A stretch of 64,000 bases of DNA from Candidatus Eiseniibacteriota bacterium. GTDB lineage: Bacteria; Eisenbacteria; RBG-16-71-46; CAZAMP01. The position numbers and the translations under genes are program-made. Of this stretch, positions 38,013-47,999 are shown piece by piece (positions within the stretch are counted from its first letter, which is position 1; each line of letters opens with the position of its first letter). The DNA lies in the NCBI GenBank assembly GCA_965224245.1, contig OZ245046.1, forward strand, positions 4,064,001-4,128,000, in the 5' to 3' direction. The notes beneath the pieces were generated by a model, which had not been told where the DNA came from, searched no databases, and saw only the letters and a list, made by a program, of their open reading frames with translations.

Positions 38013-39416
38013 GGGTGCGTCTCCGCTGCCGTTGATCCGCCGCTTGCCGGAGGGCCCGGCCGCCGGCGGTGCGTTGTCGCCACCGTCCGCGCTCGCGGCC
38101 CCGTCGCCGCCGTCCGCGCTCGCGACCCCATCGCCGCCGCCCGCGGTCGTGATGCCGTCGGAGGCCGCGGGGGTGGACTCGTCGAGGCGATTGCGCTCCG
38201 ATACGCACCAGTGACCGAGAAGGCCCCGGAAGTGCGCGACGAACCGGTCGTGCTCGTGGTCGGGGAAGACGCCCTGCACGGTGGACACGAGGAGCGCGTC
38301 GAACGCCTCGCTCTCGAAGTACTCGAGCGCGACCTCCTCCAGGTGACCGAGGTGCGTGGCACAGAACTCCTCGAACGCGTCGGTCTGGAAGTACTCGTGA
38401 GAGAGTGCCTCGTAGGCGTCGAGCTTCTCCTCGTAGGAGAGCGACTCGTCGTCACCGATCGCGTAGTAGCGCCGCTTGTTCATGTCGATCGCCATTCGAC
38501 GCCCGGTGGCGGCCACGAAGACCGACCAGCGGACGAGCGCCTTCATGGCCCACGGGAAGTAGTAGTGGAGGCTCGTGATCGCCACGTCCGGAACGGCGTT
38601 CGCGAAGTCGATGGGATAGGCCACGCCGTCCTTGATGATGGTCTCGCAGGAGTTGAACTCCCAGCGGAAGAACGCGTTCACGAGGCGCCCCAGGATCTGC
38701 GTCTCCCGCCCCATGCGCGGGTCCAGGAAGTTGTGGTCGATGGCGTACCGCTCGTGCATGGGCTTCTCGGGCTGGTAGCGCATGACCATCGTCTGGGGCC
38801 CGATGGACAGCGCGCGGGAGAAGACGTCGTAGTCCACGATGCCCTTCTGGAGGTGCATCATCCGGTCGCCGGACGAGTCGTACGCGGCCCGCAGTGCCTC
38901 GATGTCGTCGACCTTCGTGACGCCGACCCACGCCCCGCCGTCGAACGGCTTCAGGTACATCGGGTAGCCGATCTTCACCCCGATGTCGTGGAGGCTGAAG
39001 AGACGGTTGTACCGCCGCGCGGTCTCCTCGAAGCGCTCGTTCGACGGCCCGATCTTGGGCGGCAAGAGCCACGTGTCGGGGATGTTCACGCCGAGCCGGA
39101 TCATGCCGCAGAACGCGGTGTGCTTCTCCATGGACTGGAACGTGAACGGATTGTTCAAGAGGTAGATCTCGTCCATCATCGCGACCTTCTTCAGCCACTC
39201 GCGAGGATGGTGGTACCAGTAGGCCAGCCGATCGATGACGACCGCGTAGTCGGGCCGGTGGCGCAGGTCGAACGGCTCGATCGGGATGCGGTGCGCCGAG
39301 AACGAGTGCGTCCGGCCGGCGTGCGGGATGGAGAGCTTGGCCCGCTCGAGGAGCTCGGCGAACGCGGTCGGCCAGTCGTTCTCGGTTCCGAGCAAGAGCC
39401 CGATCTTGTGGTTCAC
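38001..39416 (-). CDS. RimK/glutathione synthetase-like ATP-grasp protein
   Basis: VIDRLAYW, NNPFTFQSMEK, GYPMYLKPFDGGAW.GV, EFNSCE, IDFANAVPD. Confidence 0.8.
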   Translation of the reverse strand: MNHKIGLLLGTENDWPTAFAELLERAKLSIPHAGRTHSFSAHRIPIEPFDLRHRPDYAVVIDRLAYWYHHPREWLKKVAMMDEIYLLNNPFTFQSMEKHTAFCGMIRLGVNIPDTWLLPPKIGPSNERFEETARRYNRLFSLHDIGVKIGYPMYLKPFDGGAWVGVTKVDDIEALRAAYDSSGDRMMHLQKGIVDYDVFSRALSIGPQTMVMRYQPEKPMHERYAIDHNFLDPRMGRETQILGRLVNAFFRWEFNSCETIIKDGVAYPIDFANAVPDVAITSLHYYFPWAMKALVRWSVFVAATGRRMAIDMNKRRYYAIGDDESLSYEEKLDAYEALSHEYFQTDAFEEFCATHLGHLEEVALEYFESEAFDALLVSTVQGVFPDHEHDRFVAHFRGLLGHWCVSERNRLDESTPAASDGITTAGGGDGVASADGGDGAASADGGDNAPPAAGPSGKRRINGSGDAPSPA

Positions 39417-39624
39417 GGTTCCCCCCTGGCCGTCGCCGGGCCGGTCCGGATCGATCATTCGACGTCGAGATTGGATGATAGCCCCGGGAAGTCTAGGCGG
39501 GTGAACCAAAACTGTTCAACCTCCCCGGCGGGGACGCCGACCTCCTCATCTGAGGACCGACGGGTGGGTGTCTGGTATGGTCTGGGGCCTCCCCCGAGGT
39601 CGACATGCCGAGGAGCCGCGTTTC

Positions 39625-40410
39625 GTGATCCGACATGCCATCGTGAACGAACTCTACCTGCGCGAAGCCGGTCACGGAGACCCGGTTCTCTACGTGCACG
39701 GGCTCGGTGAGTCGGGCCTGTCGTTCGAGCCCCTGATCGAGTCGAGCGTGCTCGAGGGCTGGCGACACCTCGTTCCGGACCTGCCGGGCTATGGCAAGTC
39801 GATGTGGCCCGATGAGCCGCCGTCGCTGGAAGAGGTCGCCGATTGGCTGGCGGCATGGCTGGGCGAGGTGGTGTCGGAGCCGGTCGTCGTGGTGGGGCAC
39901 GCGATGGGGGGCGTGGTGGGGATCCTTCTGTGCGAGCGGCATCCTCATCGGGTGCATGCGTTCCTGAACGTCGAGGGGAACATCTCGCGGGAGGACTGCG
40001 CGTTCTCGGGGCGGGCGGCCGCGTTCTCGGCGAAGCGGTTCGCGACGAAGGGTCGCGAGACGATGCTCGATACGATCTACGCGGCGGGGATGGCGGAGGA
40101 GGCGTTACGGGGGCTCTACATCGGGACGCGCCTCGCGGATCCGAGGGTGTATCACCGTCATGCGAGGGAGCTGGTGGCGCTGTCGGAGGCGGAATCGCTG
40201 GCGCATCGGTTCGCGGCGTTGACGCCGACGACACAGTATGTCGCGGGGGTGCCGAGGGGGACGTGTGATCACAGCAAGCGGCTCCTGGCCGATGCGGGGG
40301 CGGCGTGGGTGGATGTGCGGGATGCGGGGCACTGGCCGTTTGTGGATCAGAGGAAGGCGTTTGTGGCGCTGTTGAGGGGGTTCTTGGAGTCGGTGTCGGG
40401 GCCGGAGTAG
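39625..40410 (+). CDS. Alpha/beta hydrolase fold protein (nucleophile elbow reads GHAMGG)
   Basis: VHGLG, DLPGYGKS, GHAMGG, AGHWPF. GAGGAG RBS before the GTG at 39625. Confidence 0.85.
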   Translation: MIRHAIVNELYLREAGHGDPVLYVHGLGESGLSFEPLIESSVLEGWRHLVPDLPGYGKSMWPDEPPSLEEVADWLAAWLGEVVSEPVVVVGHAMGGVVGILLCERHPHRVHAFLNVEGNISREDCAFSGRAAAFSAKRFATKGRETMLDTIYAAGMAEEALRGLYIGTRLADPRVYHRHARELVALSEAESLAHRFAALTPTTQYVAGVPRGTCDHSKRLLADAGAAWVDVRDAGHWPFVDQRKAFVALLRGFLESVSGPE

Positions 40411-40476
40411 GTTCTGGACGATCTCTGCGCTGGGAGTCGGGGTCCGGTCCGTTGGGAGTTCATCGTGCGGACGTGA

Positions 40477-40500
40477 GTTCGAGTCCGGACTGGGGAGCCA
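40477..40500 (+). repeat. tRNA-Asn-like 3' fragment (att-like site 1)
   Basis: GTTCGAGTCCGGACTGGGGAGCCA gives T-loop, 3' T-stem, acceptor strand, discriminator G and CCA. No 5' tRNA half upstream. Confidence 0.75.
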
Positions 40501-40501
40501 G

Positions 40502-40570
40502 CCTCCTTCGCTGAAGCTACGGAGGATGGCTCGGGTGATGGGTCCCGCCGTAGCCTTCGGCGAGGGCGGT
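40502..40570. repeat. REP-like inverted pair
   Basis: CCTTCGCTGAAGCTACGGAGG faces CCCGCCGTAGCCTTCGGCGAGG. A related unit lies at 40750-40790. Confidence 0.55.
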
Positions 40571-42772
40571 CCGAGTAGCCAAACTCCAATCAGACGAATA
40601 TCCGGGCGCCTCTCCCTCTGGTCGCGTCGGGCCCTTGCTGCCCGTACAATCGGCCCGGTTTTATCGACGTGGTGTTCACGGCAGGCACCCGTCTCGGCCC
40701 GTATGAAGTCACCGCGCAGCTCGACGCAGGGCACAGTCTCCGCTGAACGTGGCCTACGGCCACCGTTACGGCGGGTCCGCCGTAGCCACGAAAGGACCTG
40801 GCGATGATCGGAAGAACGCTGGGGCCGTATGAGGTCCTTTCCAAGCTTGGCGCAGGCGGCATGGGCGAGGTCTATCGAGCCAAGGACACCAAACTCGGGC
40901 GCGATGTCGCGCTCAAGATCCTGCCTGACGCGTTCGCCCAGGACGCGGATCGACTCGCGCGGTTCAGGCGGGAAGCGCAGGTCCTTGCGGCGCTGAACCA
41001 CCCGAACATTGCCCACATACACGGCCTCGAAGACAGCGGCGGCACGCACGCCCTCGTCATGGAACTGGTCGAGGGTGCGACCCTGGCAGACCGCATCGCA
41101 CAGGGCCCCATTCCCGTCGGTGAAGCCCTGCCGATCGCGAAGCAGATCGCCGAAGCGTTGGAGGCCGCGCACGAGCAGGGCATCATTCATCGCGATCTCA
41201 AGCCGGCCAATATCAAGCTCCGCGACGACGGCACGGTGAAGGTCCTGGACTTCGGTTTGGCCAAGGCACTGGAGTCGCCGGGGACGATGGCGTCAACGAA
41301 CGCGTCGATGTCGCCGACTATCACGTTGCCGGCCATGACCGAGATGGGCATGATCCTCGGCACGGCCGCTTACATGTCGCCCGAGCAGGCCGTCGGCAAA
41401 CCCGCGGACAAGCGCAGCGACCTGTGGTCGTTTGGCGTCGTCCTCCTGGAAATGCTGACCGGCCGCCGGGTCTTCGAGGGCGAGACGGTGTCCCACGTCC
41501 TCGCCTCGGTGTTGAAGGACACGCCGGACTGGACCAGGCTGCCGGCCGACACCCCCGCGGCGATCCGCAGGGTCCTCCGGCGCTGCCTGGAGCGGGATCG
41601 CCGCAGGCGGCTCGCGGACGCCGCCGATGCGCGTCTCGACATCGAAGACGCGCTGGCACCAAACCGTGACGAGCGCGCGTCCCCGCCGGGCACCGCGCCG
41701 GCGCGGCTTCGAACCTTCGCATGGCCCCTGGCGTTCACGGCGGCTGCGGTACTTGCGGTGACCGGCTACCTTCGAGTGGACGGCACCGGGGCAGGCGACG
41801 CTGAGTCGACCTTCCCGATTCAGTTCGGCGTGAGCATCCCCGACGTCGACGTGCGCAGTGCCGTCCCGTCTCCCGACGGACGTATGCTCGCGATCGGAGG
41901 GGTCCGATCTGGCGGGCAGCGGGGTCTCTGGATTCGGCGGCTCGACGACCCAACGGCGAAGGAAGTGCCGAACCTCGACGGGTTCACGGGCTCCGTCGCG
42001 TGGTCTCCGGACGGAACCGAGGTCGCCGCAAGCACCGAACGTGGCGTGGTCGCCATCCGACTCGAGACCGGTATCGTGCGTTCGCTGACGTCCGACGCGA
42101 CCTTTGCTCCCGGATCGTGGGGAGCCGGTGGTTCCATTCTGGCGACGGCGACCTGGGGGCGCGCGCTCGACGTGACGACCGGCGAAATGCTCACCACCGT
42201 GCCGGGTCTGGGTGCTAGGTCCTCCTTCCTTCCTGATGGCCGCCAGTTTCTGTTCAACGGCCCGGGGAAGGCCGCAGTCGGCGGTCCCAAGGGCGTCTAC
42301 CTTGGCTCGGTCGATTCGCCAGGTGAAGCGCGCCTGGTGCTGCCGTTTCACGCGATCGCCCGGTTCTCGGACGGGTATCTGCTGTTCGTCCGCGACGGCA
42401 CGCTCTTCGCCCAGCCGTTCGACCCGGAGCGTGCGGAAGTAGACGGACAGCCGGCGCCGATCGTTGACGGTGTGACGTTCTTTCAGCCGACTGGCTCGGC
42501 GACCTTCGATGTTCGTGGTAGCACGCTCACCTACGAGACGCCTCCTCCCGCGGACGCTCCAGTGTGGGTCGATCGCACAGGGGCTGAAATCGGCGTCCTC
42601 GGCGCGCCCGGAATCTACTACCAACACCCCGTCATCTCTCCCGACGGCCGCCGCGTCGTGACCTATACAGTGGACCGTCGCCAGGGGACGGGCGATTTGT
42701 GGCTGTACGACGTCGCGCGTGAGAGCACCACCCGGCTGACCAACGACGAGAACTCCGAAGGAAGCGTTCGGT

Positions 42773-44125
42773 GGATCCGTCCCGAGTCCTGTGGAAAAAC
42801 GAAAATGGCGTAACCTCCTGGTTGCCAAACCAGACCGCCCACCGGGCGAGGAGGAAACGCCATGGCTCAGTCTACCACCGCTCCGTCCCAACTTCCCGTC
42901 CGTCACGTCGTTCGTGAGCTTCTCCAGCAGCGGATCGCACAGGTCGTCGAGGTCGTGATCGAGGAGGAGCTGTCGGAGCTTCTCGGGTCTTCTCGATACC
43001 AGCGGACCGATGAGCGTCGAGGCTATCGGAACGGGCGAACGTCGCGAACGATCACGACGGAGTCCGGTCCGATGGAGATCTCGGTTCCCAGGGCTCGCGT
43101 CCGCGACGAGTCGGGGAACACCACCGAGTTCACGAGCGAGATCCTGCCCCGCTACGCCCGTCGTACCCGCCGGGTCGACGACGCCATCCTCGGGGTGTAT
43201 CTCGCCGGCGCGAACAGTCGACGTATCCGCAAGGCGCTTCTGCCGCTTCTTGGCGAAGCGAACCTCTCGAAGAGCGCCGTTTCTCGGGTCGTATCTCGAC
43301 TCAAGGCGCTGTTCCAGAGCTGGAGCGAGCGGGACCTGAGCGAGGAGACCTATCCGATCGTCATGCTCGATGCGATCCACCTGAAGGTGCGGCTGGCTCG
43401 CCGGGTGGTGAGCGTGCCGGTCCTGGTGGTGATGGGCGTCGATGAGGCCGGAAACAAGCGCCTGGTGGCGCTTCGACTCGCCGCCAGCGAGGCGGCGACG
43501 AACTGGGGCGCGGTGATCGAGGACCTTGGGGCTCGCGGACTCCCGAGTCCTGAGCTGATCATCAGCGACGGTCACAAAGGACTGCTTCGCGCGGTTGCGC
43601 TCTGGCCCGAAGCTGGCGTTCAGCGGTGCACGGTTCACAAGCGTGCGAATCTCGAGGCGTGCTGTCCGGTCCATGCCCGGCCTGAGCTCGCCCGCGACTA
43701 CCACGCGATCGTCATGGCCACCTCGGCCATGGACGCACGAGGGGCGTACGACGCGTTCCTGGGTAAGTGGCGGACGCTCTGTCCGGCCGTCGCGAGAAGT
43801 CTCGAGGAGGTGGGGCATCAGCTCCTCACGTTCTACGAGTTCCCCAAGCCGATGTGGAAGTCGCTGCGATCGACCAACTCGATCGAGAATCTGAACCGAG
43901 AGTTCCGCCGGCGGACCAAGACCCAAGCGTCGTTCTCGACCGAAGAGGCGGCGCTGACGTTGCTCTACGGTCTCGTTGCGTTCGGTCAGATCAAGATGCG
44001 CAAGATCAACGGACACCAGCACGTGGCCACGATCTCGGCTCGGAGGTGCCGAGACGCCGCGTAACGCGCTACTATCACGCAATCAGGAGGGCGCTACGCT
44101 TTTCCACAACAATCGGGACGCATCC
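42773..44125 (+). mobile_element. IS256 family insertion sequence, 1353 bp
   Basis: TIRs GGATCCGTCCCGAGTCCTGTGGAAAA and GGATGCGTCCCGATTGTTGTGGAAAA. 8-bp TSD CGTTCGGT at 42765-42772 and 44126-44133. Confidence 0.95.
42862..44064 (+). CDS. IS256 family transposase
   Basis: GYRNG, VPRAR, MLDAI, ISDGHKGL, QRCTVH, RSTNSIENLNREFRRRTK. Confidence 0.95.
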   Translation: MAQSTTAPSQLPVRHVVRELLQQRIAQVVEVVIEEELSELLGSSRYQRTDERRGYRNGRTSRTITTESGPMEISVPRARVRDESGNTTEFTSEILPRYARRTRRVDDAILGVYLAGANSRRIRKALLPLLGEANLSKSAVSRVVSRLKALFQSWSERDLSEETYPIVMLDAIHLKVRLARRVVSVPVLVVMGVDEAGNKRLVALRLAASEAATNWGAVIEDLGARGLPSPELIISDGHKGLLRAVALWPEAGVQRCTVHKRANLEACCPVHARPELARDYHAIVMATSAMDARGAYDAFLGKWRTLCPAVARSLEEVGHQLLTFYEFPKPMWKSLRSTNSIENLNREFRRRTKTQASFSTEEAALTLLYGLVAFGQIKMRKINGHQHVATISARRCRDAA

Positions 44126-45158
44126 CGTTCGGTGGTGCCCCGACGGAAAGTCGATCGTCTACGGGTGGGATCGCGACGGTGCGCCCGATGTCTACGCGCT
44201 CGACGTGGACGGCAACGCGTCGCCGCGCCTCGTGTTCGCATCCAAGCGTGTCGACTACCCGCTGGCGTGTCTCCCCGGGAATCGGGTGCTCGTGAAGACG
44301 ACATCCAGAGGAGCCGTGGACTACCACCTCGTCAACCTGGACGGCCGGGTCGAAGACGAGGCGGCGAACGTCTCCAGGCCCGATGGTGGAGTCGTCTCTC
44401 CGGACGGCCGCTGGCTGGCCTTCACGTCGCGAACCTCGGAGGACCTCGAGGTCTACGTCCAGCCGTTGGAGCGCCAGGGAAACGCTTTCCAGGTGTCGCA
44501 TGGCGGCGGGGAGGATCCGGTCTGGGCGCAGGACGGCCGCTCGATCTACTACCGCACGCGCCGGCGCATCTACCAGGCCGCGGTTCGTCCGGGTGCGGTG
44601 TTCTCGAGTGACCGGCCCGTTCTGGTGCTGTCGCTGGACCGCGACATTCAATCGTTCAGTCCCACGCCGGACGGGCAACGATTCCTCGTCCTGTTCGAGC
44701 CACCCGCCGGATTCCTCCCGGTGCAGGTCATCGTGAACTGGCAGGCCAAACTCAATCGTTGACCGCTCCTCATCGAGCGGCACGGGGCCACGGGCGAGAT
44801 TGGCGGCGATAACGGCGCGGAAAACATCTACGACAAGAAGTACTATCGCTCGGTCGAAGAGAGGACTCCCGTTCACGACACCATCGGCGGTGTCTTTACC
44901 GTGGACCAGTATCAGTATCCTCCCCGTTCTTGCTGGGTCCGTATCTCGTCTATTCAGTAGGCCTGGACTTCTTCGTACTGCCACTGCCCATCGGACCCGC
45001 AAACAGCGCCTTTGACTCCATTTTCATGATTGCGGCGATCGTATTCGCGGTCCTGGGGGCCATTGCCGTGGCTGTACGCCCGGCATCCACCGATGGCGTG
45101 TTGTCAGGCAACGAGGCGTTCGAACATCCGGATCCTTGATGCGTGACTCTCCGTGAGG

Positions 45159-45206
45159 AGCGTAAGGGGAGTCACGGTTCTAGTTAGATCCTGTACGGGG
45201 AGCCAA
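45159..45206 (+). repeat. att-like site 2
   Basis: AGCGTAAGGGGA...GTTCTAGTT...TCCTGTACGGGGAGCCAA, matching 51311-51355. Confidence 0.75.
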
Positions 45207-45276
45207 CGTCTGGCAGCGTCTACGGCGTAGTGTCCGAAGACTCGACCGCGTTGCCAAACACTAGCTTACGAGCCCC

Positions 45277-45752
45277 GTGCTAGACCCGTCGCATGTGCGA
45301 ATCATCCATCTCCGGCTCCTGCTGGCCACGTTCTCGACCTGGATCGGGCACCGGCAGGCATCGGTGATCGTGTACCTGATCGAAGAGAACCGCGTCCTCA
45401 AAGAGCAGCTTGAAGCCGACGGCCGGAAGCTCCGCTTCACCGACGACCAGCGTCGGGGACTGGCCGCCAAGGGCAAGCCCCTGGGCCGCAAGATACTCCA
45501 GCAGATCGCAACGATCGTGACACCATCCTCGCTTGGCACCGCCGGCTGATCGCGGCGAAGTGGACGTATCCGCGTCAGCGCGTCGACAGTCCCGGGGTCA
45601 TGAAGGAGATCCGCGAACTCATCGTTCGGATGGCAGAGGAGAACCCGAGCTGGGAATACGCTCGTATCCGGGTTGCCCTCAAACACCTGGACCATCCCGT
45701 GGCACGGAGCACGATCGGCAAGGTGTTGAGGGGAACCCGAGTCCGAGGGTGA
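45277..45752 (+). pseudogene. Frameshifted, truncated transposase (HTH plus integrase-core type), N-terminal part
   Basis: YLIEENRVLKEQL...TDDQRR.LA.K...LGRK.L..IATIVTP, then a frameshift to ILAWHRRLIAAKWTY...IVRMAEENPSW. Confidence 0.75.
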
Positions 45753-45754
45753 CC

Positions 45755-46290
45755 TGGGGTCCACCCCGCACCGCGCGAGACCGCCGTCCGCTCGTTGTCC
45801 ACGCGGATCGTGGCCGGCACGCCCTCCAGACGCCGCAGCGCCTCGTTGTGCACGTGATGCCACGAGAGCTGGTCCTTGCGCCGCGACCACACCCGAACCG
45901 CGTACCGGCTGTAGCTCAGCTGAAGCTCGAACGCGTACAGACGCTCGCGCCGGCCGCCGATCCACACGTCCCGCCACTCGCTCCAGTCCGCCTGCGCTTG
46001 CGCGCCCGGCGGGGTCTCCACGCGTCGGCGGGCGCGGCGCGCGGGCGTGGGGTAGTGCGTGCGAACGAAGCGCTGTACCGAGCGCAGGCTCCCCGTGTAG
46101 CGATGCTCCTCCTGGAGATGATCGTGAAGGGCGGCCACGTTGAGCGGACCGGTGCCACGGGACTCGATCCACCGCGTGATGGCCTCGGCGTGCGCGCTCG
46201 CCAGATGCGGCTGATCGGCCCGGCCGTCGTGGTCGCCCTGGCGGTGGCGTCGGAGATGGTAGCGAACCGTGCCCTCGGTCACGCTCTCCG
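45755..46290 (-). pseudogene. istA: IS21 family transposase fragment
   Basis: VTEGTVRYHL, ETPPGAQAQADW, LSYSR, GVPATIRVDNERTAV. Lacks the C-terminus and istB. Confidence 0.8.
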
Positions 46291-46420
46291 TTGCGCCGAA
46301 CCCACTAACGGCGTCGACCACGATCGAGATCACCCAAGCGCCCTTCTTGTCCCCCTGCACTTCTCTCGAAGCTCGGACGGTTTCGCTCGTCAACAACAAG
46401 CGTGAAGTCGGAGCATGAGG

Positions 46421-47740
46421 TCAGTCAAGAACCGTCAATCTCGTCGTGCCTCGGCGATCCGGCGACCAGTACTTGACGAAGTACACGCCAGGAAGCACGC
46501 GGCGACCGTGGTCATCGAGTCGGTCCCAAGCGATCTCTGTATGCCGTCGGTTTCGGTGGTCGAGCGTCCGCACGAGTCGCCCGGCGACGTCGTAGACTCC
46601 TACACGTCCCTCCGGTGTCGCCGTGTCACGGATCGAGATGATCACATGATGCGTGGACGGATTCGGTGCCGCGCGCAACTCGACTCGGCTGGGACCAAGC
46701 CCTTGTGAAACCGAGAGGATCCCTTGAAGTGTCGCGACCGGTTCGACGGCAACGTAGGGACGCACGAAGACATAGTCAGTACGCGTCGTGGTCGGTTCGA
46801 AGACAGACCAACTGGAGTCAGGCGACTTGCCGAGAAGGCCGAGTCGACCCACCGACACCCCTTCGAAGTCGGGCGACTCTTCGGTGATGGTGCCATTCAG
46901 CGTGCGCGTGAGGGGGCCTGGCGGCACGACAAAGACCTCCTTGAAGTATCCGCTTGAGCCGGGAAACGTGACCACAGTGCCGTCGCTCGGGTCGTTCTCG
47001 TCTCTTGAGGCGGTAGTAGGCGGAACTCGACTCGGGCCGGTGAAGACCGCCGACTCGTAGTCACCCACTCCCTCGCGCCGGAGTGAGGCGTATCCAATTG
47101 AGGAGTAGAGTGGTGTCTCAACGAGCCCGTAGTAAACCACCGAGTAGTAGTAGTCATTGCCTCCCGGTACGATCTGCTGCCGGAACTCGATGATCTTGGG
47201 ACCGTTGAGAACCGACTGAGACTCGATCTCCAGCTCCATGAAGTCCGGACCGCGCCCCATCATGAGCACTCCATCGCTGACTTCCAGGGTCGTGCCTTCG
47301 TCCTGCAAGAGAACCGCCCACTTGCCATCCGTGTCCAGCGCGTCTCCTTCGAAGTCATCGAAGAAGTCGAAGATCGCATCGCCATCCATGCCGCTCGCGA
47401 AGTCCGGGTTGCCATAGAGGAGAAACAGCTCGATACTCGAACCTGGCGAGATCTGCGGTACCAACGTCCAAATGCGACTGGTCCCGGTTGGACTCCACGT
47501 TTCGATCCAATGCGGCAGGTCGTTCGCCTCATGGTCGATGAAGTGAATGTCCCTACCGTCGCTGGTCGCGCCACCGTAGTCGAACGTCGACGGCGTCAGA
47601 TCGACTGCCAGCGGATGGTTCATCAGCTCTACCCCGGTCGCGTCCAGTGCCACGTGCACCACCTGGTAGGTCTCGGCCGCATCTGCGGCAGATGATGAAA
47701 GCACGACCGCGATCGCCGCGATGTGCCTGACGGCGTGCAT
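46421..47740 (-). CDS. Secreted DUF2341-domain protein with FlgD/T9SS-like C-terminal domain
   Basis: DGRDIHF...LPHWIETW...IWTLVP...YGNP...FDFFDDF. C-terminal APNPS...YDVAGRLV...GVYFV. Confidence 0.82.
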   Translation of the reverse strand: MHAVRHIAAIAVVLSSSAADAAETYQVVHVALDATGVELMNHPLAVDLTPSTFDYGGATSDGRDIHFIDHEANDLPHWIETWSPTGTSRIWTLVPQISPGSSIELFLLYGNPDFASGMDGDAIFDFFDDFEGDALDTDGKWAVLLQDEGTTLEVSDGVLMMGRGPDFMELEIESQSVLNGPKIIEFRQQIVPGGNDYYYSVVYYGLVETPLYSSIGYASLRREGVGDYESAVFTGPSRVPPTTASRDENDPSDGTVVTFPGSSGYFKEVFVVPPGPLTRTLNGTITEESPDFEGVSVGRLGLLGKSPDSSWSVFEPTTTRTDYVFVRPYVAVEPVATLQGILSVSQGLGPSRVELRAAPNPSTHHVIISIRDTATPEGRVGVYDVAGRLVRTLDHRNRRHTEIAWDRLDDHGRRVLPGVYFVKYWSPDRRGTTRLTVLD

Positions 47741-47999
47741 TGTCTTCTCCTCTCCGTCGAGGGAGAGTGCTCTTTGGCTCCGGATGAGAGCACCTCCGAT
47801 TCTTGATGCAGATACGGAAACTGTCGTGCGGCTTCAGGCAACGATGCCTGGATAACACAACTGCAAAGGACTCGCACGTCTCCGAAGAGGATACCGTACC
47901 TGCACCGGCCACTCCTGCCCGGCGCGAAGTTCCCCGCGACACTCCGCCTGACGACCCCTCCGGATCAGGAAACGGGAGTGGTCACCGCGCTCGGCCCCA

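Larger units (their letters stand above)
40804..44762 (+). pseudogene. Ser/Thr kinase-TM-TolB/PD40 beta-propeller gene interrupted by IS256
   Basis: LGAGGMGEVY, HRDLKPAN, DFG, YMSPE and SPDG repeats. Removing the IS and one TSD rejoins EGSVR-WCPDGKS in frame, giving an 865-aa product. Confidence 0.92.

Noticed and set aside
40425-40500. Complete tRNA gene
   Set aside because: Only the last ~24 nt are tRNA-like. There is no TCCCCAG 5' acceptor strand, and the 5' T-stem does not pair.
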